Positions 18,790 to 28,271 of a stretch of 64,000 bases of DNA are shown here, in pieces. Below the pieces are notes generated by a model. That model worked only from the letters and a program-made list of their open reading frames with translations, searched no databases and was not told the DNA's origin. The position numbers and the translations under genes were made by a program. Source of the DNA: a bacterium. GTDB lineage: Bacteria; Patescibacteriota; Patescibacteriia; UBA10025. Where the stretch lies: positions 723,710-787,709 of the forward strand of contig JAKAGM010000001.1 in the NCBI GenBank assembly GCA_021815445.1, written 5' to 3'. Position 1 is the stretch's first letter. Every line of letters begins with the position of its first letter.

Positions 18790-19466
18790 GCGGGCGATTT
18801 AAGCTGGTAGCCGAAACCGCGGACGGTGTTGATCATCGGCTTGCCTTTGAACGGCCGGTCAACTTTTTTCCTCAGCGATGCGATAAATGCCTCAACGGTA
18901 TTCGGTAAAATATCCGCGTCAAAATCCCAGACGTGCTGGATAATCTGGTCCTTCGACAGGATGCGGTTTGCGTTTCGAATGAGAAATTCCAAAAGAGCAA
19001 ACTCTTTATGTGACAGGGCAATCATCTGTCCGTCCCGCTTGACTTCGAATTTCTCCGGATACAGTTCGAGATCGCCGGCCTTTAACACGGTTCCTATGTT
19101 GTGGTTCGGACGGCGGAGAAGTGCGCGTATGCGGGCCAAAAGTTCCTCAAACGAAAAAGGTTTAACGAGATAATCGTCAGCGCCGCTTTCGAGGCCTTCC
19201 ACGCGATCACTGGTTCTGTCCCGAGCTGTCAGGATGAGGATGGGCTGGTGGATGCCCGCTTTTCGGACTTCCCTGCAAATATCAAGTCCGTCACGTATAT
19301 CAGGCAACATCCGATCAAGGATGAGCAGGTCGAAACGGCCGCGAAGCGCGCGGGCCATTCCCTGCCTGCCGTTATAGAGCACGTCCACAGCAAATGATTC
19401 CTGTTCTAATCCCCGCTTTAACGCCTGGGCAATCTTATGTTCGTCTTCGATAAGAAGAATTCTCAT
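18786..19466 (-). CDS. OmpR-family response regulator (receiver + winged-helix)
   Basis: MRILLIEDE..., DLLILDRMLPD, KP...LTARD receiver motifs; C-terminal trans_reg_C (LSHKEFALLEFL...GFGYQL); 4-nt overlap with kinase gene. Confidence 0.9.
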   Translation of the reverse strand: MRILLIEDEHKIAQALKRGLEQESFAVDVLYNGRQGMARALRGRFDLLILDRMLPDIRDGLDICREVRKAGIHQPILILTARDRTSDRVEGLESGADDYLVKPFSFEELLARIRALLRRPNHNIGTVLKAGDLELYPEKFEVKRDGQMIALSHKEFALLEFLIRNANRILSKDQIIQHVWDFDADILPNTVEAFIASLRKKVDRPFKGKPMINTVRGFGYQLKSPA

Positions 19467-19650
19467 ATAGTGGATTGTATGTATGTTAGCTGAAAAAGAG
19501 CTGAAACAATTCTCATTCTACCCCTATAAGCCGTAAATGTAGAGGAAATGTCGAAAATCAGCGGAAATTCAGGGATAAGCCTTACATTTAATCTTCACAC
19601 TACTACTACAGGAAAAAAGAAATCTATGTTCCACCAATCAATAAAAATCT

Positions 19651-20673
19651 ATGCGCCGTTATAAGGCACTCGTAACAGAAATAAAGAATCTTACTCCCTC
19701 GATTGTTGAGATTACCATGGTAAGGCGCGACGGGGCCGACTTTCCGGATTTTCTGCCCGGTCAATATGCAACGTTGAGTTTCCCAAATTATGAGAGGTTA
19801 AAGGGTGAACGATCATTCTCTATAGCGAGCGCCCCGACCGACAGGTCAAGGCTTCGTTTCGGCATCCGCATCGGCGGCCGTTACACGTCAGCCCTCCGCC
19901 GCATTCGCATGCGGGAGCCCGTGATTGTCGCCGGGCCTTTTGGAAAATTCACTTTCGATCCTGACCGTGACAGGTCTGCGGTTTTTATCGCGGGTGGAAT
20001 CGGCATCACGCCGTTTCTCAGTATGATCCGGGCAGCTACTGATCTTGAATTAAAGAACGAGCTTACGCTCATCTACAGTGTCCGATCAATGAATGACGCA
20101 GCATACATGCAGGAGCTTAATGAACTGGAACGCATAAACCCGCATTTGCGTGTTACGTATGCGATATCAGATGAAAAAGTCCCCGGTTTATCCGAAAGAC
20201 TGGTGCCCGGACGCATCAATCCCGAATTAATAGATAAAATGCTTCCCGGGAACATGTGGGGATATTCTTTCTTTTTGTGCGGACCCCCGCCATTCATGGA
20301 CGCGATGACTGCGGCGCTGCGCACAATGGGGCTTCCTGCGTCAGCGGTCATGACCGAGCGGTTTGGCATCGGTTCGTCAGATTTTATCGAACGCGGTACG
20401 CCCATCCCGAAGCTTATTTTTGCCGGCTGGGGCGTAGCAGCGATGATCGTTTTAGGAATCATCGTGAAAGTAGAACAGACGAAACGTGCAAATGCCATTG
20501 CCGCGAACCCGACACCAATCACCAATGTAACCCCTGATACGACTTTACAAAACACGGGTTCGCAGGTACAACTGGCTCCTGCAAACCCTACATACACGTA
20601 CACCCCCCAGCAAACGCAGCCTCAACCGACGTATAGGTCAAACTACATCCGACCGCGGACAACGATGTCTTAA
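19651..20673 (+). CDS. FAD/NAD(P)-binding oxidoreductase, ferredoxin-NADP reductase / flavin reductase (Fre)-like, with C-terminal TM anchor and Pro/Thr/Gln-rich tail
   Basis: RxFSIASAP flavin-binding motif, GGIGITPFLSMI NAD(P)-binding motif; C-terminal hydrophobic stretch AGWGVAAMIVLGIIV then low-complexity tail. Confidence 0.7.
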   Translation: MRRYKALVTEIKNLTPSIVEITMVRRDGADFPDFLPGQYATLSFPNYERLKGERSFSIASAPTDRSRLRFGIRIGGRYTSALRRIRMREPVIVAGPFGKFTFDPDRDRSAVFIAGGIGITPFLSMIRAATDLELKNELTLIYSVRSMNDAAYMQELNELERINPHLRVTYAISDEKVPGLSERLVPGRINPELIDKMLPGNMWGYSFFLCGPPPFMDAMTAALRTMGLPASAVMTERFGIGSSDFIERGTPIPKLIFAGWGVAAMIVLGIIVKVEQTKRANAIAANPTPITNVTPDTTLQNTGSQVQLAPANPTYTYTPQQTQPQPTYRSNYIRPRTTMS

Positions 20674-20688
20674 GCAGAACGCCAACCC

Positions 20689-21627
20689 ATGACGATAACG
20701 GAATCTTTCGGAGCAATGAATACGGCGGTGAGCGGCGGGTTTCGCACGGACCGCATGACAGGCAAGAAACTTTTTCAGGAAGTGAGGCGCCGCGTTGAAG
20801 ACTTTGAAGCTCGTTTCAGCCGCTTCAAGGCTGATTCTGAGCTGTCGAAATTGAACAAACGAGCCGGCGCCCCGACAGCGGTGAGCGATGAAATGTTTGA
20901 CCTCCTTACTGACGCGCAAGCAATCTGGAAAATTACAGACGGTCTCATCGATCCTACGATAGGCCAGGCGGTTATAGCCGCGGGATACGATGCTTCTTTC
21001 GAATTACTTCCCCTTGCGGACGGGGGTTTTGAACGCCAAAAAAATGAGTTTCCGCGAGCAACGTTCCAAGATGTGTATATAGATACGAAAAGAAGAGCAG
21101 TGACGCTCCCCATCGGTGTCACTCTTGACTTCGGCGGCCTCGGCAAAGGGTACCTGCTCGACAAACTCGCTCCTGTCATCGATACGGCAACGTCTGATTA
21201 CTGGCTTTCGTTCGGCGGGGATCTGCTCGTCTCAGGCACTGATGACGGAGGCAGGCCATGGCACATAGGGATCCAGGATCCCCGGGTTTTGGAAAAAGAT
21301 ATTATGCAACTCCGCCCGCCAAAAGGGAGGTGGGGCATAGCCACTTCCGGAATTATGAAGCGGAGAGGTGTCCGCCGAGGGACACCATGGCATCATCTCA
21401 TTGACCCGCGTACAGGACAGCCGGCAGTCACCGATGTCATTGAGAGCACCGTACTTGCCCATACAGCGCTCGAGGCGGATGCCATGGCAAAAGCTGTCCT
21501 GCTTCGTGGTTCGATAGAAGGAATTACATGGGCAGAAAGTCTGCATACTATAGAGGCGCTTGTTATTTCCGCTGATAACCGCGTACTGACAACAGAGAAG
21601 ATGAAGCGCTACATTAAAAACAGATGA
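20689..21627 (+). CDS. apbE: FAD:protein FMN transferase (ApbE family)
   Basis: 312 aa; DFGGLGKGYLLD (cf. DLGGIAKGYAVD) and ApbE-like C-terminal region. Confidence 0.8.
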   Translation: MTITESFGAMNTAVSGGFRTDRMTGKKLFQEVRRRVEDFEARFSRFKADSELSKLNKRAGAPTAVSDEMFDLLTDAQAIWKITDGLIDPTIGQAVIAAGYDASFELLPLADGGFERQKNEFPRATFQDVYIDTKRRAVTLPIGVTLDFGGLGKGYLLDKLAPVIDTATSDYWLSFGGDLLVSGTDDGGRPWHIGIQDPRVLEKDIMQLRPPKGRWGIATSGIMKRRGVRRGTPWHHLIDPRTGQPAVTDVIESTVLAHTALEADAMAKAVLLRGSIEGITWAESLHTIEALVISADNRVLTTEKMKRYIKNR

Positions 21628-22436
21628 ACAAACGATTTTTGATTATACCCGCACTGTTGGTTCTGCTGCCCTTGGGAGCTCGAGCAGTAACGACGGTCGA
21701 CCAGGTAAACACAAAACACGCAGTCCTCGCCCAGGAGTTTGAGGGCGGAGAATCAGAGGGAGACGGTGAACAGCAATATGTCCCGACGCCTTTGATACAG
21801 AAGGATAACAGTCTCCCCACGCAGGCTGCGCCCCCGGTGACAAATCCAACGAATACTCAACCTCAAGTTCAGGCTCCAGCCACGCCATTTTCGACCGCAT
21901 TCCCCTGGGCGTGGGTGGTAACGCGCACTGCAGGGATAACTTCGTACATCCTGCTAGCTTTGCAGACAGTGACCGGGATTGCGCTCTCGACGGGCCTGCT
22001 TTTCCGTATGTTTTCCCCGGCAACATCATGGTCAATCCATCGGGCAATCGGATCGGCTATGCTGGTGTCGGTGCTGCTCCATGTCGGCTCGATGCTTTTT
22101 GACCACTTCATCGGACTGAAACTTGTTGATATTCTGGTGCCCTTTGCTTCGTTCTATAGGCCGACGCTTGTAGCACTCGGCATCTTCGGGTTTTATAGTC
22201 TTTTGCTCGTCCTTGGCACATCACTCTACTCCATGACCAACCATCCACGATTTTGGCGCGTCCTGCACTATCTTGGTTTCCCCATGTTTGTCTCAATTTT
22301 TCTGCATGCAATCCTGATCGGTACTGATCGCCACCAGCCGCTCATGGTATTCATGTACTGGTCATCCGCATTATTGGTCGCGGTTTTTGTCACTTACCGG
22401 CTCGTGTGGAAATACCGACAACCAACTGACTTATAG
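21624..22436 (+). CDS. ferric-reductase-like transmembrane heme-b domain protein (MsrQ/YedZ/NOX TM-domain family) with signal peptide and extracellular PT-rich N-terminal region
   Basis: His pairs spaced 13-14 residues in two TM helices (HRAIGSAMLVSVLLH; HYLGFPMFVSIFLH) characteristic of bis-heme ferric reductase domain; overlaps apbE stop by 4 nt. Confidence 0.6.
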   Translation: MNKRFLIIPALLVLLPLGARAVTTVDQVNTKHAVLAQEFEGGESEGDGEQQYVPTPLIQKDNSLPTQAAPPVTNPTNTQPQVQAPATPFSTAFPWAWVVTRTAGITSYILLALQTVTGIALSTGLLFRMFSPATSWSIHRAIGSAMLVSVLLHVGSMLFDHFIGLKLVDILVPFASFYRPTLVALGIFGFYSLLLVLGTSLYSMTNHPRFWRVLHYLGFPMFVSIFLHAILIGTDRHQPLMVFMYWSSALLVAVFVTYRLVWKYRQPTDL

Positions 22437-22492
22437 CTATTTCCCATTCGCGCGGCGCACTTTCTGAGAAGGAGTATTTATACCAAACGGCC

Positions 22493-22675
22493 GAGTTTGC
22501 CCGCCTAGACTCGACGTCTAGTCGAGGCTGGCTTCGCGAGAGCGAAGCGGGTCCTTTTCCCGCCACATTTATCACAAACAATGAGGCGGGATCCCGCCTA
22601 TGCGGCAGTGACTTGCCTCTCCACTGTTCTTTGAACAAGCAAAGAAAAGTGGAGCCCGCCATGGAGGGCATCTCC
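22493..22675. repeat. copy B of ~180-nt structured intergenic element (same conserved ends as 14663-14841, different internal hairpins)
   Basis: Shares GAGTTTGCCCGCCT 5' end, TCCTTTTCC(C)GCCA core and 60-nt 3' palindromic module with copy A; internal stems CTCGAC..GTCGAG and GCTTCGC-gaga-GCGAAGC replace those of copy A. Confidence 0.75.
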
Positions 22676-22751
22676 TTAAAAGGAGAGGGCGAGATAAATC
22701 GGCTTAAAGAAGTGCCCAAGCTATTCTGATTTGTTCAACTGACTCAACTCC

Positions 22752-23564
22752 CTACTTAAAAAACAACAGTCCTAACAATACAATCCCGGCAATCGCAAAC
22801 CGGTAATAGGCGAACACATTGAGACTGTGGTTGGCCAGATAGCGGAGTAAAAACTTAATGACAGCGTATCCGACGATTGCCGCCGTAAGAATACCCACAA
22901 TCATCGCCCCGCGTTCATCCGTGCCGACTCCCTGATGGCTGACATCGAGGAGCTTTTTTGCCGCAGCGCCGGCGACGACAGGGATAGAGAGCAGGAAAGT
23001 GAACCGGGCTGCCTGTTCGCGCTTCAGGCCGGCGAACATGCCCGCGACAATCGTGATACCGGAGCGGGAAACACCGGGCACCAGCGCCAACACCTGGGCA
23101 AAGCCGATGCCGAGTGCCGTTTTCCATCCCATGTCACCCATGGTTTTTACCTTAGCACTGACACGCTCGACGATAAGGAATACGAATCCGAAAATTACGA
23201 ACGTGACGACCACAATCCATGGCGAACGGAGTGATTCGAAGAAGCTGTCAAAGAGCCCGCCGAAAATTGCCGCCGGTATTGCCGCGATAAGTATCAACCA
23301 CGGCAATCGCTGTTCCAGTGTGCGTTCCTTAGCGCGGAACGAGGCAAAAAAGTTTTTGAATAACCGGCCGACATCCATCCAAAAATACACGACAAGCGCG
23401 AGGAGCGTCCCCACATGCAACGCCACATCGAATATCAACGCATGACCAGGATCATAGTTGAGGAAATAATGGGCCAAAAGCAAATGTCCTGAGCTCGATA
23501 TTGGCAGGAATTCTGCCAGCCCCTGGATAGTCCCAAGAATCATGGCGTCAAAGAAATGTGGCAT
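22752..23564 (-). CDS. uppP: undecaprenyl-diphosphate phosphatase
   Basis: 270 aa; EFLPISSSGHL and PGVSRSG signature motifs of UppP/BacA. Confidence 0.9.
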   Translation of the reverse strand: MPHFFDAMILGTIQGLAEFLPISSSGHLLLAHYFLNYDPGHALIFDVALHVGTLLALVVYFWMDVGRLFKNFFASFRAKERTLEQRLPWLILIAAIPAAIFGGLFDSFFESLRSPWIVVVTFVIFGFVFLIVERVSAKVKTMGDMGWKTALGIGFAQVLALVPGVSRSGITIVAGMFAGLKREQAARFTFLLSIPVVAGAAAKKLLDVSHQGVGTDERGAMIVGILTAAIVGYAVIKFLLRYLANHSLNVFAYYRFAIAGIVLLGLLFFK

Positions 23565-23647
23565 TGAAATATGGTGGATTATTGATAAGCGAACTTAGTT
23601 AAGCAAAGAAAAGCTGAAGATTCCCTGAGTGAAGCATATTCTCTGGT

Positions 23648-24403
23648 TCATACCTCTACTACAACCACAAGGGGGAGATGGTCAGACACATCCACCTCGG
23701 GACAATACCGTTCGACAACCCGGACATCCTTGCTTACAAACGCCATATCAGAGACCACGCTGGCTAATGTGGGATTGTCCTTGCGCTTCATATTAAAAGA
23801 TGAGGGTAACTCGCCGTCAAAGACGTTTACAAGATGCTTTTCTATTTGCCCTATAGCGCGCGTATCGGGATCCATGTTAAAATCGCCGACAAGAATTGTC
23901 CGCGGCTTACCCTTAACCTGCGACGCTATCGTTTTGCACATGGCGATACGCCTGGGTGTGTCGTCCCCGTTACGTCCCCAAATGCCGTGCGTATTATACA
24001 TATGGATATCGTGTTCGCCTGCCCGCATACAGACATGCTGGAGATTTCGGGGGACATGATCATAATTGTCAGCCGGCATCTCGTAGTGAGAGTCAAATGG
24101 TACGTCGTAAAACTTCGTATCAGTCGAGATAATCGGAAATTTTGAAAAGACGGCATTCCCCTGGTTAATATTGCCTTCAGGCATCACCTGGGTAAATGCA
24201 GGAGTATACGACGAATGTTCAAAATTGAGTTTTTGTTTCAGGATAGAGAAACACCTGAGTCTCACTTCAAGTTTATTGCTTTTCCCGTCGTACACTTCCT
24301 GGAGAGCGAGTATGTCGGGATTTTCTTGGCGTATAAAATCCACAACGGCATCAAAAAGCATGCCACCGAGCCATATGTTTAAGGTGATAATCTTACACCG
24401 CAT
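23648..24403 (-). CDS. endonuclease/exonuclease/phosphatase (EEP) family protein
   Basis: ITLNIWLGG...ENPDILALQEV N-terminus, GDFN, SDHLPL C-terminal motifs of EEP fold. Confidence 0.75.
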   Translation of the reverse strand: MRCKIITLNIWLGGMLFDAVVDFIRQENPDILALQEVYDGKSNKLEVRLRCFSILKQKLNFEHSSYTPAFTQVMPEGNINQGNAVFSKFPIISTDTKFYDVPFDSHYEMPADNYDHVPRNLQHVCMRAGEHDIHMYNTHGIWGRNGDDTPRRIAMCKTIASQVKGKPRTILVGDFNMDPDTRAIGQIEKHLVNVFDGELPSSFNMKRKDNPTLASVVSDMAFVSKDVRVVERYCPEVDVSDHLPLVVVVEV

Positions 24404-24589
24404 TATAAGTGTCTTGATTGTTGATCATGAGTTTTTGTTATACCAAAAATTTTATTGGGATCGTGGTTTTAGACTCTATTGTATTCTACACTCTCAGTAA
24501 TAATTCCACCATACGTAACGATGACAACGTTTATAGTAGATGAGAGTGTTCTTTAACACGACCTTCGGTTCAAGGGTGATATGGAGCAT

Positions 24590-25516
24590 TCACTCCCTTT
24601 TAAATTTTTTCCAACGCCGCAGTTCCTCAACAGCGATTTTGGCTAATTCGGGCGTAGCGGCAGTAATAATAAGCCGTTGGCTGTCCTGGGCAAATTCAAG
24701 ATATTCTTTTAATCCAATTTCCTCGCCCTCTTCATCCACGATAGCTCCGCCGGCTTCACGGATGAGACCATAGGCCGCTGCAATTTCCAGGTTTCCCTTT
24801 CGGCTGCACTCAAGGGCCAGATCAGCGATGCCTGTAGCCACGTCAACATATCGTGACTCAGAGGCAAACTGTTTTATCTGGGGCAAATAGCCGAATACCG
24901 GGAGATAAATATCCCGGTTAAAGGGAAAATAATCATCGATACCTATTTTAGTTTTTGTGTGTAACTGTTTTGAACCGGTACTATGTGTTGAAGTTTCTGA
25001 ATTTTGGCGCCGAATATATGCCCCCTTGCCGCGAATGCCGAAAACGATTCGTTGCAGAGCATGCTCGGCGACACCGCTGAAGATATACTCTTGGTATTTC
25101 GGGTTAATATTTGAAAAAATACCCAGCATGGTCCCGTATCGTCCATGGCCTCGCTCTTTTCTATACGTTTTGGTTCCATCAAGTCCGTCGAGGACAGCTA
25201 ATAATTCAGGCCGGGCTGAGACGTCGGTTTGACCGTACTCCTCAGAAATAATTCGAAAAGGAAGCCCGGATTTTCGTAGGGTCTCGATGATTATCTGTTC
25301 GCACTCCACGTCAATTCGTAAAGATGTTTGGCCGAATTTATTTTTTTTCACGACCTCAGCGCCGGACTCGCCCAGCCGTTCGTGAAGACTACTGGCTGCC
25401 AGAAGCGAATCCATGGCAATGTGAGCTATGCTCGACTGCTGGATACCGGCTATTGGCATCGCATAGTGACGCATATTGGTTAAATTATACCTTAATTTTC
25501 TGTTCACTAAAAACAC
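24590..25516 (-). CDS. inositol monophosphatase / FBPase-family (FIG) phosphatase
   Basis: VLDGLDGTKTY metal-binding motif (cf. DPLDGT); possible later start (MRHYAMPIAG). Confidence 0.55.
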   Translation of the reverse strand: MFLVNRKLRYNLTNMRHYAMPIAGIQQSSIAHIAMDSLLAASSLHERLGESGAEVVKKNKFGQTSLRIDVECEQIIIETLRKSGLPFRIISEEYGQTDVSARPELLAVLDGLDGTKTYRKERGHGRYGTMLGIFSNINPKYQEYIFSGVAEHALQRIVFGIRGKGAYIRRQNSETSTHSTGSKQLHTKTKIGIDDYFPFNRDIYLPVFGYLPQIKQFASESRYVDVATGIADLALECSRKGNLEIAAAYGLIREAGGAIVDEEGEEIGLKEYLEFAQDSQRLIITAATPELAKIAVEELRRWKKFKRE

Positions 25517-25583
25517 TGCCCAAAAGAGGTACGGTTAAATGGGATGATCACAGGGTATTGAAGTCCACTTCAAAACCAGGTTT

Positions 25584-26891
25584 TTATTCTTCCCTCAGCG
25601 CCTGAATAGGATCCAGTTTTTGCGCTTTGCGGGCGGGGAAAACGCCGGCGATAAAGCTGAGGAGGCCTAAGCCGGCGGCGACTATCAATACGTTCGGCAG
25701 AGAAATCAGGATAGCGTGGCTGCCGAATCCGATATCAATCAGCTTTTGCCTGAAGGTAGTATTGACGAATATCTCTACAGCAAAAGCGAGGATGATGCCG
25801 ATCGAGGCGCCGAGAAGTCCGATGAGGATCGCTTCCACCGAGAAAAGATTCCGGATTTTACTATTAGGCATGCCTAATGCTTTGAGTAGGCCGATCTCTT
25901 TCGTGCGCTCGAACACCGACATCAACTGTGTATTGATGATGCCGAAGGCCGCGGCAAGCAACGCGATGCCCGAGAAGCCGGCTAATGCATACGTTACCGA
26001 GTTTAAAACTGTCTTGATACGGCTGATAATGTCGCTTAAACTGCTGACGCTATAATTCTTATTCAAGGCGGTGATAGCGTCGCGCACTGAGGATTCGTCG
26101 TTTGGGGATTGCAAAAGCACAGTGGTATAGGCGTATTGGTTGAAATCGCGCGTGCCGTTGAATTGCGTGTCATAGATTTTTGCCGCGGCATCGATGCTTA
26201 TCGTAATCAGTCCCGCCGTGGCTGGTTGATCTCCTCTGAAGCCAGTCGGTTTTTTAAGAACACCGGCAATTGTAAATTTCTGTTCAACACTTTTTGCCTT
26301 GGCGTCTAAATAACCGACAATAACAGTCTTGCCAACCAAATCGCTTGCCGGGACACCGAGGGTATCAGTGTAGCTTTGTGAGAGAACAATCTCCGTGGCC
26401 GACCAGTTTGATGGATACGTTCCGGCAAGCATATTTTTTGACTGGTCACTGTAGGATTGGACGTCGATATTGTCAACGACGTACTTTTTTGCATTCCCTT
26501 CCAGCTGAAGATACTTTGCTGAAATATTGTAGTTGGGCCAGACTCGCTGTACGCCGGAAATTTTCGCGAAAGCGTCGACCTGCTCTTTGGTGAGAAGCTG
26601 GATTGTCGCGCCCTCACCTCTGATTTGCGTCGATGTGACTGCGGTCGCTTTCGGATTGTACTCGGCAACGCCCGTCTGAGCTTTGTTTTCGGCAGCCAGG
26701 GTGACGGTGAGTTCATTGTTCGTTGCAAGTGAGAGCTGGCTATTAACGCTGGACTTCAAAGCGTTGCTCAAACCCAGTGTCAAAACCAACGTGAAAGCGC
26801 CGATAGAAAGCGCCAGGACGGTCAGCACGGTTCTGGATTTATTGCGGCGCAAATTGCGCATTCCCCTTCTCACTAAATCCCTCGTTCTCAT
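25584..26891 (-). CDS. ABC transporter permease, FtsX/MacB-like (N-terminal TM, large periplasmic domain, 3 C-terminal TM)
   Basis: 435 aa; RNLRRNKSRTVLTVLALSIG start and C-terminal FtsX-type helices ending ARKAQKLDPIQALREE. Confidence 0.8.
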   Translation of the reverse strand: MRTRDLVRRGMRNLRRNKSRTVLTVLALSIGAFTLVLTLGLSNALKSSVNSQLSLATNNELTVTLAAENKAQTGVAEYNPKATAVTSTQIRGEGATIQLLTKEQVDAFAKISGVQRVWPNYNISAKYLQLEGNAKKYVVDNIDVQSYSDQSKNMLAGTYPSNWSATEIVLSQSYTDTLGVPASDLVGKTVIVGYLDAKAKSVEQKFTIAGVLKKPTGFRGDQPATAGLITISIDAAAKIYDTQFNGTRDFNQYAYTTVLLQSPNDESSVRDAITALNKNYSVSSLSDIISRIKTVLNSVTYALAGFSGIALLAAAFGIINTQLMSVFERTKEIGLLKALGMPNSKIRNLFSVEAILIGLLGASIGIILAFAVEIFVNTTFRQKLIDIGFGSHAILISLPNVLIVAAGLGLLSFIAGVFPARKAQKLDPIQALREE

Positions 26892-27589
26892 ATAGTTAGC
26901 TCCTTTCCTTCGTGCGAGATGATCTGCCCATCTTTGAGAACGATTTTATTCGCGAACCTTCTCGCCAAGTCCTCATTATGAGTGACGACAACCAGCGTAG
27001 TGCCTAATTCTTTATTGAGTTTAAAAAGAAGCGCTTCCACTTTTTCGCTTGTCTTGGAATCCAGATTGCCCGTCGGCTCGTCGGCGAATAAAATTTCCGG
27101 CTGGCCGATAATAGCCCGCGCTAGGCAGACCCGCTGTTTTTCGCCGCCGGAAAGGTGTCGAGTCAAGTTATCGGCTTTATCTTTAATCTCCAGGCGCTCC
27201 AAGGCAGCGTACGCTTTCTGTTTGCGGTCGCCCACCCCGCGGATTTCAAGAGGCACCATGACATTTTCCAACACAGTCTCTTCATTCTGCAAATAAAAAT
27301 CCTGGAAAACAAAGCCCACCATCTGGTTTCTATAGACGTCAATCTCTTTCTGTTTGCGCGACCACAGATCCTTGCCGTTGATACTGACTGAGCCGGATGT
27401 GGGCCGATCCAAACCGGCGAGCGCGTGCATCAGCGTTGATTTGCCCGAACCTGATTTGCCCAAAATAGCCAGGTTGGCGCCCTTTGTCAATTCAAAAGAG
27501 ACTTCATGTAACGCTTGAAATGAAGCCGCGTCTTCGCCGTATACCTTGCTGATGTTATCAACTTTAATCATGTGGACATATGATATCAC
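26888..27589 (-). CDS. ABC transporter ATP-binding protein (MacB/LolD-like)
   Basis: Walker A GKSGSGKST, signature LSGGEKQRV, Walker B ILFADEPTGNLD; overlaps permease gene by 4 nt. Confidence 0.9.
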   Translation of the reverse strand: MISYVHMIKVDNISKVYGEDAASFQALHEVSFELTKGANLAILGKSGSGKSTLMHALAGLDRPTSGSVSINGKDLWSRKQKEIDVYRNQMVGFVFQDFYLQNEETVLENVMVPLEIRGVGDRKQKAYAALERLEIKDKADNLTRHLSGGEKQRVCLARAIIGQPEILFADEPTGNLDSKTSEKVEALLFKLNKELGTTLVVVTHNEDLARRFANKIVLKDGQIISHEGKELTI

Positions 27590-27702
27590 ACTTTTTGAAA
27601 GTAAGGAGCATTCATAGTCTCATGTATTCATGAATTTTTGCTGAACTTTGTGTGTAATAAAAAAAGCTCCCGAGATGGGTCCTTATGGATGTGTCAGCAA
27701 AA

Positions 27703-28149
27703 TTACCGCCGTTCCAGCTTGCGAGCTATCTCGAGCAACTGTTCATTTTGATTCTCCAGGTGCATGAGAATAGCCTCAATCTCCCGCTCAGCTTTGATAT
27801 TCACCTCATAGTCTGACTCCGCACGGAGCTCGGCATGACGGCTTTGGAGATTCTGGCCTATCATGAGGAGCGGCATCAGGAAAATCTGTATCATGTTCGA
27901 AATAAACAGCCAGAAGACAAAGGCCGGGAACGGATCGAATCGCGAGCCCTTCGGCCCGAAGGTATTCCAGGCCAGCCATAGGAGCGTCCACGCAAAAATG
28001 ATGAGAAAAAATCCCATCGTGCCGACATGGCTTGTAATCCAAAGCGCCAGCCGTTCGAGCCGGGATAAGCTTTTTTTATGCTGTTCATTGACGCGGACGG
28101 GCTGCTGAAAACTTTTGAGATCGGCGAGTTTTGGCGGAGTGTGAGCCAT
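27703..28149 (-). CDS. small 2-TM membrane protein with C-terminal coiled coil (DUF1003-like, low confidence)
   Basis: 148 aa; two hydrophobic helices then charged helical tail. Confidence 0.4.
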   Translation of the reverse strand: MAHTPPKLADLKSFQQPVRVNEQHKKSLSRLERLALWITSHVGTMGFFLIIFAWTLLWLAWNTFGPKGSRFDPFPAFVFWLFISNMIQIFLMPLLMIGQNLQSRHAELRAESDYEVNIKAEREIEAILMHLENQNEQLLEIARKLERR

Positions 28150-28271
28150 AAAGTAAATATACTAGAAATTTTTCTCTTGTGCCCTTGCCGCCCCGCACTC
28201 ATTGGCACACTTCCCGCCCCTAAACATTTTTATCAGTGCGGATGCCGCAAGAACGCCCACCCATTATTCAA

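Noticed and set aside
23602-23613. Third occurrence of the 12-mer AGCAAAGAAAAG from the repeat palindrome
   Set aside because: Only 12 AT-rich nt match and the flanks are unrelated. It is probably chance, or at most a highly decayed remnant.
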